DNA of 64,000 nucleotides, taken from the NCBI RefSeq assembly GCF_018977255.1, contig NW_024704742.1, positions 3,224,001 to 3,288,000 of the forward strand, written 5' to 3'. The position numbers were made by a program, and so were the translations under genes. Positions 12,497-25,327 of the stretch are shown here, piece by piece (position 1 is the first letter of the stretch; each line of letters starts with the position of its first letter). The stretch comes from Callorhinchus milii. Its lineage: Eukaryota. Below the pieces are notes generated by a model. The model did not search any database. It was not told where the DNA came from and saw nothing but the letters and a program-made list of their open reading frames with translations.

Positions 12497-12850
12497 TATA
12501 ATAATAATAAAATTAATAACCCTTGCATTTGGTACAGCGCTTATCAGGTCTTCTAGACGTCTCAATGCGCTTCACAGAATGTACTGTAAAGTGAATTGTC
12601 TGTATGTTTGTGGGCGAAACGCGGCAACCAATTGCGCACAGCAGTGTCCCACAAACAGTCATGGATTGAGTGACCAAATTATTACTGTTTTTTTTTGAGG
12701 GATTATCATCCCCAGAAAAGCGATCCCCCAATCATCTAACAACTGGGTTCCTACTTACTGCTTGGTAAAAAGAGGTGCGTGGAGTAAAGAAACTTGCCCA
12801 ACATTTCGCCCCCTGCCCGGGAATAGAACCCAGGTCTCTCGCTTGCGAAT
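12497..12850 (-). mobile_element. Family A Deu-SINE
   Basis: Same head, core and tail as 2644-2992. Confidence 0.9.
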
Positions 12851-13159
12851 TGCGTGGTTTTTTTTTATGGCACGAGTCAAGAAATATTCAATCAAGAACA
12901 TGTAGATGTAGGGAATAATCAAACTTGGCTCACTGTCAACACGGACAATCCTACAAGGATAACTAACCAGTTAGTAAATATATGATCCACAACTCAGATA
13001 GCAGCTCTGCATAGCCAGTTTTGTTGCAGTAAAAGGTCAGAGCACCTTGGAGAGCTTAGTCTGGAGATTAGCGCTCAGATCTTTACATCACGGAACTGAG
13101 GTCTGCATTCAGTGGTGTAGCCTGTTGCAGTGTTAAGATAGTGCTGAAAACTGCTTATT

Positions 13160-13245
13160 TTACATAGATTTACATAGATTGATACGACACAGAGACAGGC
13201 CATTTGGCCCAATTAGTGCACGCTGGTGTTTAGACTCCGTTCACC
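13160..13245 (-). mobile_element. CR1 3' terminus
   Basis: TACATAGATT tandem tail followed by ACACAGAGACAGGCCATTTGGCCCAA. Confidence 0.7.
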
Positions 13246-14029
13246 TATAAATAATAGTAATTACTGTAAAGTGTTTCAAGATGTTTTGACATTGCATGCG
13301 CTTTAGCCTGGAGAGTGGTTAGTACAATGTGATTGCCCCTCTCGTGGTTTAATTAAGGATCATTACGAAGAGCTGTATATCTGCAGTAGGTATTGTCATC
13401 TCTGTCATCGTCGCTGCAGCAAGAGTATATATTCAGCCCGGACATCTGCCAGCTGAAACTGCACGATCCATAAACTCTACATTCCTCCTGTTCCGTTTCA
13501 CAAAGCAGCAGAGAAGGGGGTAGCAAGCACGATGATCTCTGATCCACTCGGCCACCTATTTAGCCGAGCCTTCTTTTCAGCAAACAGCGACTGCATTGTC
13601 GGTTTACAAAGGCCCCATTATACAATCCCAAACGAAATTGATACAACATCCCCTTTAACACTGCCCGGCGTCCTCACAAGCGTTCTTGTAACCTTTCATA
13701 ATGGGTTGTCTATGATAGTGTTCTCGCTTATGTGTTCATAAGCCTATTAATTCCACTAGATTGGCCCCCTTGATGAGCCCTTGACTCTGAATGGTCGTGG
13801 GTTGAAGCTGAACTAACAAGAGGGCAAGTGTCAAGCAGGGAGGACCTCTGTGCCTAGCAACACTCATCTTTTCATTAGCTGCCACTTTCCCAGTTACAGG
13901 GAGGCAGAGAATTGTACGCGCAAAACTTGGGCTTCAGAAACCGGTGGCTTTCCTAATCAATGCAGCGTGTCTTATGCGAAACACTTAGTGGCGTGGGTTT
14001 GGATGCTCTTAAGCAAATAATAAATAATA

Positions 14030-14212
14030 ATAATAATAATTTAATCGCTCAATCCACGTCTGTTTGTGGGACGCTGCTGTGTGCAGTTTGGCTACCGCTT
14101 TTTGCCCACAAAATATACAGTCAATTCACGTTATAGGATATCCTGTGAAGCGCTTTGAAACGTCCCAACATGCGTGTTGAGGCGCTATATCAAATGCAAG
14201 GATTATTATTAA
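14030..14212 (+). mobile_element. 5'-truncated Deu-SINE
   Basis: Deu core plus GAGGCGCTATATCAAATGCAAGGATTATTATT tail. Confidence 0.85.
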
Positions 14213-14794
14213 TTACATCGATGTTTTTTTTTGCATGACCAAAGGCAAACATACCCTTTCCCATTTCAAACATCCTTGTAATAATTATTCAGCAACTTTA
14301 TGTAGTTGAGTAGCACTTCGGAACACATTGTGCAAATTACCAATCCCTCTTTAAATTATATCTTGCTCACCAGTGTATTTCCTCTGCATAGCAGATGTCC
14401 ACAGTATGCTTACTGTAATGAGATTACTGCACTACAAAGGACTACGAAGGGATGATGCATAACCTAAATTTAAAACGGACAAAAATATAATTAATCTGTC
14501 TCAACTTGTCTGATAGTTCAAGGCATTTCAAATGTACTTCGTCCTGGATTTCCTTGCAGTAAACAGACAGTACTGATGCGCTCTGAGACGCTGTCGAGAC
14601 CCTTGTGTGAACATAAATATATCAGTGTAAGTTGTTGTTGGGTCTTACTTATTTACTTGGAAAATGCTACTTGAGGAAGAAGTCAACTCCGGCTTATGAG
14701 AAGCTTTCACGTGATTTTCGGACGGTGTCTGGCATATTTATTGAAGAGGGAAAAGCTTGTATTTTTGTGATGCCCTCATCACATCCATTTGTAG

Positions 14795-15120
14795 ATCCAT
14801 AGAAATTTACAGCACTGAAAAAGGCTGTTTGACCCATTGTGTCTGTGCTGACTCATTGAAAGAGCAATCCATTCAGTCCCATTCACCTGCCTTAACCTCA
14901 GACCCTTGCATTATTCCTCATTAGATATATCTTTCTAGTTGCCTGTTGAAAGCTAATAGAGATCCTGCCTTCACCAGAGCGACCCGTCAGGACATTCCCC
15001 ATTCTAATAAATCCCTTTGGTGAACACTTTCTCCTAATCTCCCCCTTTTTGCTCCCTTGCTAACTATCTTAATTGATGCCCTCCAGTCACTGACTCACTG
15101 ACCAATGGAAATAATCTCAT
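14795..15120 (-). mobile_element. CR1 3' fragment
   Basis: CATAGAAATTTACAGCAC...AAGGCTGTTTGACCCATTGTGTCTGTG tail; continues into ORF2-end sequence (TGATGCCCTCCAGTCACTGACTCACTGACCAATGGAAA). Confidence 0.8.
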
Positions 15121-17189
15121 TTCAAAGGCCTTCGAAAGTAATTGCTGTTAAGTGTAGTGACTGTTTTGAGATTGCTACGTATACAGCCGACTTCCGCAAG
15201 CATCTTAACCTTGCCTGCGGATTTCTTTTTTGGCGGTGGTGGGGGGGGGGGTGCGTGTGGTGTGGGCGATTGTGTAGAATCCCGGCTGTAAAACGTGCCA
15301 CGCGTTTCGAAAATAATTCATATTAATTTTAGAGAATTGTTAATATCAAAGCATTTGCTGTGCTGCAGGGTCGACCGGCTATTGCGTGCGCCTCTAATGT
15401 GTCAGTCACGGTTGCTGCTGTTTTGCTGGTGTTAGACTTTCTTAGATTCAGCAAAATCTGTAAATACTGTGTAATACTTTAATCTTAGCCCCCTGAAACA
15501 ATGATTAATCTGCAGATATTATTTAGAATGAAGAGCGGTACAAGCCCTTCGGAGTAAGTACACACCCTGTTTATAGGGCAGCACATTGTTTGAAAATTCA
15601 CATCAATTATAAATCAATAAAGTCATTTTGATGTATTGATGTGCTCTTGTTCCCAGCTGAATCGCAAGCTGAGACCATACAATTCAGCAGTACAAAGCAG
15701 ACATACTCAGGTGGGGAGGGAGGGAAAGGGAAAGGGTGATGGATGGTGTGGGGGGGAGGGAAGAGATTTGAGGGGGAGGAAGTTTAATGCACATTCGGAG
15801 GTGAGATTTTTACATTTAAAAATACATTTAAAAACACACAGTCATGACACTCCTTGAAATGTAAATCCAGTGAGGCGCTTTGAGTCATTTCAACAACGTG
15901 ATATAACAAATAGAAGCATTATTATTATTATTATTATTATTATAGCGAGAAGTGAGAAGAATAAGACTGAGTTACAAACCGAAATGTTCTGGGTTGACTT
16001 GCTCTATCTTATTTAACACGAGAGGTATTCAGGGAGGATATAGATTGACACTTCAACTTGAGCGTAAAGGGGAAAGGAGAAAAGGTACTGTATCACAGCT
16101 CGAACGATTAACACACGCCTTGAGCTAAGCAATTAGCGAAGAGGTTTCTGGCTTGGCACGAGATCTTTATCACAAGAAATGGAAAAAGAAACATTTGGGC
16201 AGGGCAGAGCGTGTGGTTTTTTTTTCTGTCATCTTAAGCACAAAATTAAACTAACAAAAGAAGCTCTGGGGGGTGGGGGGGGGGGGCTACGATTTGAAAG
16301 CGGAACTCTACTGCATCAAAAATTAAAACCGTGGTGAGAAAGATTCGAGCGAGAGCAAGAAATCTCAAAAGAGTGGTATCGCCGCCTCCTCTGTGGTTGT
16401 GCTTATTGATGGAATGTCAGAACAACGGAAAGCTCTGTAGCCCTTCTCAGTAGTCTGGTTCCTGAGCCAAGAGGGAACTCCAGGTTTGGCTCATCAGCCA
16501 GACCCAGAAGGTCAAAACCAGTCCTTTGGCAGCAGGGGTTCTTTCCACTCAGCTCCTGTTTTCCACGCCAAGCCCTCGTGGGTAGTGAGGTCCTAGCTGG
16601 ACAAGCAGTGAGAGGTTTGCCAGGCAGCGCTTCCAATGGCAAGCTATGTAGTTTTAGCTGGTTAAACTCCAGCAGTAAACGCACACGCACTCTGGGGTCC
16701 CCAAGCCTTGGCTCTCGTCACCTTGCATCTAATACTCTCCAGAACTAAGGTAAGCAAAATGCCCCCTTTTGGTGGTGGTGGGGGGAACGGGGGGGGGGGG
16801 AACGGGAGTGTGCATTTTGTTACAGGCATAGAAATTTGGATGTATATGGGGCGTAGACAAGTGGAACTTTCAGTCTGGTTTGGTTATTAAGCATCGTGAT
16901 GGATTTCTGCATGTGTCAGAACTGTGAAAAAAATGCGGCCTTCAGTGTTTCACACTGTGTTTGATGTGAACCTTAAAGATGCTTGGTTTCCTATCGTGAA
17001 ATGTGGTTGTAATTTACTCCCGACTCCACCAATGGATAATTTTACTCCAGCTTCCTGTTTTTAAGGTCACCCAGTGATCTTTTGGGCAGATATGGGGAAA
17101 AGCAAGGAGCTCAAGAATGGGTTGATCAAGTGCAATGGATTGAATTTCCTTTTCTGATTCTTGTTCAGTGCATTGATAATCACATCACA

Positions 17190-17375
17190 TTTGATGCAGC
17201 CACCACTTGTTAGGAGGACATCTCAAAACACTTCACAGGTTATACTGTAAAGTTCAATGGCATTGTATTTTGTAGGCAGACTCGGCAGCCAATTTGCACA
17301 GAGCAACACAGCCACAAACAGCTGTGAAGTTTTATCCGTCAGTAAGGACACCTGGAGAAGTTCCCCTCTTTTTGA
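17190..17375 (-). mobile_element. Decayed Deu-SINE fragment
   Basis: GGCAGCCAATTTGCACAGAGC...CCACAAACAGC core with tail remnant. Confidence 0.7.
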
Positions 17376-17819
17376 AGGGAGTTTCGCTCTGGAAACTTAC
17401 TCGCCACCAGTCGCCCTGTAAAATGCAGGAGCACTTCTTTGTGTTCAACAGATGAGCTTTGTTACTTGAATCCTCGGATCCGTTTCATAGTAATTGTCCA
17501 TCTCATCGATTAGATTGGTGAATAATTGATGGTACGCGGCTAATTTCAAGTGGTAATGCACAGTTGCCATGTTGCTGTTCAGCTGACGTATGCAACTACG
17601 ACGAGGATGTTCACTGAACAGATTGGATATACGGTACATCAAAAAAGACTTGGAGAGGTTGCAGCACTGAGTCGTTGAGGGTGAAAACTGCAGCAGATGT
17701 CATTGAAAATACAAGTAGCCGGGGTCGAAGAGAGCAGAAAGAGGAAACCATCTTTCCATCAACAGTTGGATAAAATTACAGGATCTGTTGAATTCAACAG
17801 TCTCTCGGGTTCCTGTCCT

Positions 17820-18155
17820 GTTTAGCAGTTGTGGGTTCAAGCTCCAACATTGGGAGTTTTAACCCCAAATGTCAGCTAATCCAGTGCGGGGGAGGGGTTG
17901 CATTGTTGGAAGTGCAGGTCTTCGGGTGAGCTGTTAAAGCGAGGTCCTGTCTGCCTGCTCGGATGGATGTCAAAGATCGCATGGTACTATTCGAAAAAAG
18001 AAGGGAATTTCTCTCTCCCAGTATCCTGATAAAATAGGCCATTCACTTCATGGCTGTTTGTGGAACACTCCTTTGTGCAAATTGCCGCCCTGTTTGTCTA
18101 CAAATTTGTCTGCACGTGATAAGGCGCTGTATCAAATGCAAGGAATATTATTATG
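17820..18155 (+). mobile_element. Family B (SacSINE1-like) SINE
   Basis: GGGTTCAAGCTCC, GAGGTCCTGTCTGCCTGCTCGGATGGATGTCAAAGATC, Deu core and L2-type tail. Confidence 0.85.
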
Positions 18156-19159
18156 ATTAAATACTAATAATTTATGTAAATCCTGGGAAGTACTCTGAGA
18201 CATTTCATGCGAGAGTTATTATTGTTTCTACCGATGTCATCAGGATCTCAGAGCGGGTAATAGAACATGAAGGGCGATTGTTACAGAGATTTGAATTTGA
18301 TGCTCAGTAAAATGTAGACCCAAGTTGCCAGACAAAAGGGATATTGTTCCTTTCTTTGTGCCCAATGGGAGGTTGACTGCAAATCAAGGGGTAAGAGCCT
18401 TGCAGAGCATTTTGTGTCCGCAAGATAGATGGCTTTTCTTTAACAGACAGTGTTGTCAACGGGGAAAAGGCCGGGAACCTATGGCGCTGGGCAGAGTTCT
18501 CACGTTCCCCCAGGAGGTGCCGTGCTGGGTTAGCAGGCTGCCCGAGGTTGGCAGGTGGGAACCGGCCACGGTCCCTTGTGCTGTTTAACTTCGCCTCATT
18601 GTTCGGAGGTGCCATGCAGTCCTCTTCGTGCATTCTGACAGAGCTGGCCTGGGACAGACCGCTTTCACATCTGTTGTGTGCCGAGGCAGTTGGCGGACGG
18701 TGTATTGGAACTCAGAGGGTGTATTTGTGGGCATTCTGGACATGATGCATTTTTGAGCGGCTGCCAATAGTCTAGATTGAAGGTCATTATTCTACACTGA
18801 GACTAATCCAGAATATTGTACACCGAGTAAAATCTCTCATGCATCATCAAACAATAGAGTCTCTTTAAAGTAACAGATGGCTGTTTCATTTTTGGTCTTA
18901 ATCTTTTCGGAGAATGATGGAGGCTGCCAGGGAGCGATTATGCTTTCACTTGAGCGCAAATAAGGTTCACGTTTTGCGAGGAAAAGTATTTCTTCTTGAA
19001 TTGATGGAGACGTGACTTGGACTTGAAGGGATTTAGGAAAAGTCTTATTCAAAGGTACGGGGAAAGAGTATGGTATTGGCGTTAGAGTTACAGCTCCAGT
19101 GGGGGTGTTAGCACCAGTACAGCCAGACTGGGTGATGGTGACCTTATGTGTCATAAACT

Positions 19160-19535
19160 ATTGCCGCAACATTGCCTGCCTCCACCACTCCCTCTCCCCT
19201 CAGGCCACCGAGACTCTCTTTCATTCTTTCCAGCTTGTCCACGGCTTCACTGGCTCCCCATCCCCCCTCTCCCTCACCTTTAAAGCCCTCCACGCTCTTG
19301 CTCCTCCTTACCTAATAAAACATTACCAAACCTGTCCGCTCCCTCCGCTTGGCAGACACTGACCTGCCCATCTTAAGACCTTGCTGTCGGGCATCCTCCC
19401 ACCTGCACCCCCCCCACCCGCGCCCCTTACCCTGAACCCCTTTTGACTCCAATTCCCAGCTCGGCTGCAAACCCTTCACTACCCAGAGCCTTGGGACGTC
19501 CTCCCAAAATGAAAGGTTCTCTGTTGCTGTTGTTA
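19160..19535 (+). mobile_element. L2 3' fragment
   Basis: Encodes LTFKALHALAPPYL; tail GAGCCTTGGGACGTCCTCCC...GAAAGG. Confidence 0.8.
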
Positions 19536-19769
19536 TTATTACTTGGGGACTGTTACAGACTCGTGTTGAAACACGACACAATTTTAGGTATGTTTTGTAA
19601 CCCAAAAGCCCAAATGGTTTTCCGAAGACTTCTGATCCTCTCAATTCCCTCGAGGCTAGAATAGGAAATACGGTGCAGATCTGCACAGATGAACAGGTAA
19701 ACAGTAGTAGACAGCACGTCTGATTGCAGGTCCACCACATTACATCACGGTTGGATTAGTGATAAAACC

Positions 19770-19960
19770 TTGCTCTCCTGATGGCTCAGCAGATTTGTCC
19801 TTTTGAGTAGGTGAACCGTACAAATTGGGAGAGTTGGCATCTCACTCTATGCTGATTTGGCTAATCTCAGCCAGGGCAGCAGTACTCTACTGCAATAAGT
19901 CTTAGTAACCCGGGGTGAGTCGGGGGAAAATCAGCAAGCGATTGTGCTCCTGATCCAACA
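19770..19960 (+). mobile_element. Ancient tRNA-headed SINE, family C (possibly UCON3-like)
   Basis: GATGGCTCAG head, TGCTGATTTGGCTAATCTCAGCCAGGGCAGCAGT and GGGGGAAAATCAGC...GCTCCTGATC; related diverged copies at 21695 and 39030. Confidence 0.55.
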
Positions 19961-20184
19961 TAAAATGAGTCAAAGAACCTTCAGGAGGGGAGGGAGAAAA
20001 TTGATGAGGAAAAGCATTGCTCAGTACTAATGATCCAGAAATAATTGATCGCTGTTGATAACAGAAGCCAAAATATTTGGGAAATAGCGTCTGCGTGCTC
20101 CCACTGACAATCATTCAGGAGGTCCCAGGTTCCTCACAAATCCAAGATCATGTACCGCGTGGGTCTGAGATGTCACGCTTGGTA

Positions 20185-20413
20185 CAGTAAAACTCGCATC
20201 GGCCTGATTATTTGACAAACACAGTTTAATCAGAAATCTGCAGCTCATGTCCTCTCCCACAAAGCGTATGATTCGTATAGTCGCCTAAGTCGTACATCTG
20301 CCCAAGTCCCGTTCAAGAGTTTATATTCTTTGCAAGTTTGACATAACTCATAGTTTGCATAAGTCATATTAAACGTATGGTCCCAATTGATACGACTTAT
20401 GTGAAGCTAACTG
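20185..20413. mobile_element. Putative Tigger/pogo-like MITE remnant
   Basis: TA|CAGT...ACTG|TA ends, weak imperfect TIRs, and repeated subterminal CATAAGTCRTA motif including one inverted copy. Confidence 0.45.
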
Positions 20414-20415
20414 TA

Positions 20416-20920
20416 TTTAGAATATATTAGAATACATTAGAATATGCAGCACAGAAACAGGCCATTCGGCCCAACTGGTCTACGCCACATGAGCCTCCTC
20501 CTGCTCTTCCTCAACTAAACCTGCAAGCATAACCTTCTATTCCTTTCTTCCTCATGTACCTCTTGAGCTTTCCCTTAAATACATCTGTGCTATTTGCCTC
20601 AACAACTCCCTGTGGCAGCATGTTCCACATTCCCACTACTCTCCGTGTGAAGAAATTTCTTCTAACTTCCCTATTTGATCTATTTGTGACTGTTTCATAT
20701 TGATGGCCCCTGGTTTTGGTCTCCCCCACAAGTGGAAACATCGTCCCTATGTCTACCCTATCAAAACCTTTCATCATTTTAAAGCCCTCTATCAGGTCAC
20801 CCCTTATCCTCATCTTTTCAAGGGCAAAGAGTCCAAGTATGTTCAGCCTTTCCTGATAGGAATAACCTCTCAGTTCTAGGATCATCCTTGTGAATCTCTT
20901 TTGCACCCTCTCCAGTGCCT
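20416..20920 (-). mobile_element. CR1 LINE 3' fragment
   Basis: (ATTCTAAT)-like tandem tail, 3' UTR and intact ORF2 C-terminal frame. Confidence 0.95.
20511..20906 (-). pseudogene. CR1 ORF2 C-terminal coding remnant (5'-truncated)
   Basis: QKRFTRMILELRGYSYQERL...RIRGDLIE...TRGH...RRNFFTRRVVGMWNMLP is the typical CR1 ORF2 C-terminus. Confidence 0.9.
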
Positions 20921-21694
20921 CGAGAGCAACATTTATTGTCTGTTAGCTGTCCTTTCGATTGCATCAGTGATGAAGCACTGTGAGACATCCTCCGGACGTG
21001 AAAGGCGCTGTGTAAACGTAAATAAAAACTTGTTGTTGTGTTGCTTTATGCACCTTGTCAAGTATGTCTGGCAGCAGCAAAGCTCGCTCTGCAGATTTGA
21101 AAAACATTGGCAACAATTGCACGGTGGCTCGGAATATTTAATTGTGTCCAGCCCGATGTGTGCTGCCCAGTTGGCTGATCAGACCTGAACCCCAGCTGCT
21201 GCAACCTTTGGTCGCTACAAGATAATTCGAAAGCCTGCATAAAAAGCCAAGAATTAATGTTTCCAAAATACCTTGAAAAGAATGAGTAGGGGAAAGGGGA
21301 AAGGATGGAGCAAAGGAATAAAAAAGAATGCATCGCACCAGAGAAGCTATGATCTCAACAGCAACAAACCGGTCTATGTTTCGTTCTATTTGCATCGTCT
21401 GTCAGATAAGCAAGCGTAAACATGTTCCCTAAATGGTGAACCTGCCATCTGGTGTGAAGTCATCAGCAGCAGACAGCTTAACCAAGCTATTTACGTGCCT
21501 GGTAGCTGTTCTAGATGGGGGCCTTGGTTGTTATTGTAATAATAACGATCCTTACAGTTGGTGTTGCACCTTTCATGGGAGGATCTCCCAAATTGCTTCA
21601 CAGGATTTACTGTGAAGTGCAGTAACTGCGTGTTTTGTGGGTGAACACAGCAGCCAATGATGTACGAACAGCTAATGATTTTTTTCCAAATGTA

Positions 21695-21848
21695 GCCCCA
21701 GGACACTGAAGCCAACTGTATCATTCTCGCCCCAGGAGAGATAGGGTAACTATTCACTAAACGAGAGCTAGAGCCTGGCATTGTCCTGGTCTGTGACTCA
21801 GTTGCCACACACTGGACAGTGTATTTACCCACTGAGCTATTGAGAAAG
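21695..21848 (-). mobile_element. Family C ancient SINE copy
   Basis: Reverse complement reads ATAGCTCAGTGGGTAAATACACTG...ACTGAGTCACAGACCAGGA...CAGTTGGCTTCAGTGTCCTGGG. Confidence 0.55.
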
Positions 21849-23214
21849 CGCAGGGTTATTCGTGGACAAACAGGTTAAAACCGTCAAAGAGTTGTTCATG
21901 TTAATCGTGGCTCTTTATAGCTTGACATTAGAAAAAAAGGGCATAGCTCTGTTTAGGATGTCTGATGCCTATTTTAAAAACACTAGCCTAATATTCACCA
22001 TTAAATCGAATTTTTATGCATTGTATAATCTGCAGCGCGCAGCTGCCAGCTAATAAATCCTGCTGCTGTGTTTAACGTAGGAAATGAAATGATTGTCAGA
22101 TTATCTGGTTCCGTGACATGCCTGAATGATGCTCGGAATTGGTAGCCCACTAATATGCTATTACTCAGAGTCATTAAGCATTGCAGATGAGTGGCAGGCC
22201 TGTTTATGGACGGTGCCGCCGAACATAACAGGACGGAGCATGCCGGGAAACTTATTAACGTTAAAGACTTCATCAAACAGTTTCCAAACCACTGGAGCTG
22301 AGGGCTGTTCCCTGGTACTTTCTTCTTTTTTCTTTCGTGGGAGAGCGCACAGGGAACTGGACAACAAGGATCTCCATCTAGCCTCTGCTGTAGACGTCCA
22401 CACGGTGTGTCCTGTAGACATTTACGGTATCCCCAATAGGAGTTCCAATAGCAAATACTCTCTGCCGAGGGCAAGATGGTACCGTGTAAATTAGTTTTAG
22501 TCCCTAGCAAAGGCTGGCGAACAATAAAGTAGGATCCACTGCCGGTGGAAGCACCAATCTTGCACTTGAGCGTGTGAGATCTCTCCAGGTTAAATGCGAG
22601 AATAAGTCACATTCGACTTACTGTTGTTCTCTCATTGCCGAGGAGACGTTGAAGGAAATTACTCCGTGGCTTGCGTTCACCGGCACTTGGACGTTTTTAA
22701 TCAGAATTTCCCTCATGAGTTACGAACTTTTAAGAAATGCAAATGGAAATGAATACATCCCGATGCTCCCAAGAGACCCCCTGTTAATGAGTCATTAGCC
22801 GATTCCCTCGATGACTTGAAATATTCCGCCTGTTTGTTCTGTGAAATCACTGAATTTGTGGCAGTTCCACCAGCCAGTGCAGAATGATGACCCCAGTACC
22901 GTCTGAATTGTACGAGACGCCTGATGCTGGGTGCGGATTAAGAAGCAGAGGATGAGACGAGGTCTTAGGACCCGTCGAGCACAATTCAAATCAAACTTCC
23001 TCCTCGAACCAAAATACACCCTACCATGGAATGGACTGAACCTAACTTCCCACATAGTGGTTCCACAAACCTCAAAGGAAACTGAATAAAGATTCCAGTA
23101 CAGCAGTCCCACCTGTCCCCTAGTACAGGCTGATCTTCTCACCATAGATAAAATGCCTCCCCTCCTCGCCTGTCCCGACAGCACACTAAAGTCATTGTGT
23201 CGTGTGGATTGTTC

Positions 23215-23470
23215 GACCAAAAGAGCCAGAGGGGAGACGAGGAGAGATTTTCTGGAATGCGCTGCCTGAAAGGATGGTGGAAGCAGCTTCGAGAATAGGT
23301 TTCAAAAGGGAATTGGATAGGTTATTAAAAAAGAAAAAAGTTTGCATTGCTATGGGGTAAGAGCGGGGGAGTGGGACTAGTTGGTAGCTCTTTCAAAGAG
23401 CTGGCCCAGGCACAGTGGACTGAATGGACTCCTTCTGTGCCTTAAGGTCAGTCCTATGATTCTATGATCT
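23215..23470 (+). mobile_element. CR1 3' fragment
   Basis: TGGAATGCGCTGCCTGAAAGG (WNALPER) and FKRELD frame; ends CCTATGATTCTATGAT. Confidence 0.85.
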
Positions 23471-23639
23471 CTCTCGACTCTCCACATGGTCCAAGCCTCT
23501 GATCTTCAAGCTACGGTCTAAATGGGCTTCGTGATTTCAAAAGGTGGGGGGGGGTGGGGGATGTAGAAGGGAATGAATTATCACAGTTCTACTATGTGCG
23601 AGTGGCACAACATTGCTTAGATGCGAATTCCATTATGAT

Positions 23640-23790
23640 GAGAGATGGGAGATCCTTTAGGTGTCCCGGCCAACAACCCCCCAAGTGAAATTAGCCATTT
23701 ATTTTCTGGCTCTTTGTGGGACATTATTGGGTGTAAAATTACTGCTGTGTTTATGCAATGCAAATTATACTTGTTTGTCAGACATCAAGG
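23640..23790 (+). mobile_element. Decayed Deu-SINE fragment
   Basis: GGTGTCCCGGCCAACAA...TTTGTGGGACATTATT...AAAATTACTGCTGTGTTT. Confidence 0.55.
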
Positions 23791-23814
23791 CCTGGATGAG
23801 TGCAAACTTCCTGC

Positions 23815-24118
23815 AGCTGAATGTCCCCACCCCACCACCCTCCGCCTCCCCATAGCTGGCTCCAGTCTCCTGATTGTCCTCGTCCCCTCCATTCCACCAT
23901 TGGCGGCCATGATTTCAGCCACTATGCCCCGTACTTTGGAACTCTCTCCCTGAATCCCTCTGCCCTGCGCCTTCCTCCTTCCTCATTTTCACATCACAGC
24001 CGAAGACATGCTTAAAATCACCTTTCCCCAATTGAGTGTCAGCCTCCGCCACTGTTAAGCGCTCTGAGATGCTACCTGATTGGAGGGCGCTATATAAATA
24101 AATGCAAGTTGTTGCTGG
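23815..24118 (+). mobile_element. L2 3' fragment
   Basis: CCACCATTGGCGGCCATGATTTCAGC...TGGAACTCTCTCCC; tail AGGGCGCTATATAAATAAATGCAAGTTGTTG. Confidence 0.85.
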
Positions 24119-24714
24119 TGCCTACCCTTCAGGGCATTGTACAAAGTGTCCCTCGTCCCCTCCACCAGCTCATACAGCAAGTAGGTTTTGTTAAGTGGGT
24201 GATATCAGAAGATGGTGCTTTGCAGTGACTCTCTGCTCCATGCCTGGTGTTTTATCAGCTTCGTACCACTCTCCTAAGTTTCATTCGTCAATTTTTCCAG
24301 CAGGAACTCCCACGAGAAATAGATCACGGCACAGAGAGTGCAGCTCATGTGTGGGATAAGTGATGTTATTAGAGATGACCTTGAGGCCTGTTCTGCAACA
24401 GCACTGGCATTTCAGGAAGAGCGTACTTGTACTTTGATGACTTTGGGGGAATTATAAGCTAAGGATATCGTGCCTCGGCTTTAAATGTTCTTCAGAAATG
24501 TACAGATGTAATCGGTTTCTTTCAGCGAATATTCAGAAGTACAGCTTTAGAAGTGATCCCAGTGGAAGACGTACAAAGATGACAGAACATTAAACGCTTA
24601 ATGTTAAAGGTGCAATTGTTTTTTGTTGAAGCCAAACAAATTTGCCAGGGTAGTGCGTACAGCAGAGCTGAGGCGTGTCTTTGTCACATCGATCGCTGAG
24701 GAACATGAAAACGA

Positions 24715-25092
24715 AGCTGGTCACGTGAAATTTGCAGGCAAACAAGGCAGCTAAACTTGCGCACAGCAACGTCCCACAAACAGCCGTGAAATGAATGAAA
24801 AAGTTGTTATGTGGGAGATTTTTGGCCAGGGCACCAGGAGAAACTTCCTCTCTTTTCGAATAGTGCCCCGGGATCTTTAACGTCCACCTGACAGGACAGG
24901 CAGACAGGACCTCATCTGAAGAACGGCGTCTCCGACAATGCCACAACCCCCACACCCACCAACTCTCGTGTGTCTAACCTGATACTCCGCTGCAATGGAG
25001 TATCAGGTTAGACTCTATGAGTTCAAGTCCCAGTTGGGGCTTGAAACCACAAGCTAGAGGTGAAAGTGCTGCCACCTGAGCCAGGCTGACAG
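24715..25092 (-). mobile_element. Family B (SacSINE1-like) SINE
   Basis: Deu core, GGGATCTTTAACGTCCACCTGACAGG and tRNA head near 25040-25090. Confidence 0.85.
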
Positions 25093-25327
25093 TACTGTAC
25101 GAGTATTGCATGACTTAAAAGGCAGTTAACCAAAGTAGGCACTGAAAACTTGGGAACGGCTTATACAACAATATATACGAACTTCAGTTTTTTTTTGACA
25201 CTTTGATGGCAGGAGCCTTCAAGATACGGGGAAGAAAGGTCTTGAAGCTTTTGAAGGAAAGAAGGCAAGAAGTTTCTTGATACTTCAAAGAGGAAAGGTG
25301 GGGATGTGAGAGGGTCTTCTATATTCC

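Noticed and set aside
16403-16755. Open frames on both strands with a donor-like AAG|GTAAGC near 16750
   Set aside because: The peptides are unrecognisable and the long plus-strand frame stops just before the donor.
22001-22510. Overlapping 169, 122 and 86 aa ORFs in unique sequence
   Set aside because: No recognisable protein and no convincing pair of splice sites; more likely non-coding.
22875-22932. C-box ATGATGA and D-box CTGA with a short terminal stem
   Set aside because: The C-to-D span is only about 40 nt, too short for a box C/D snoRNA, and I recognised no rRNA guide sequence.
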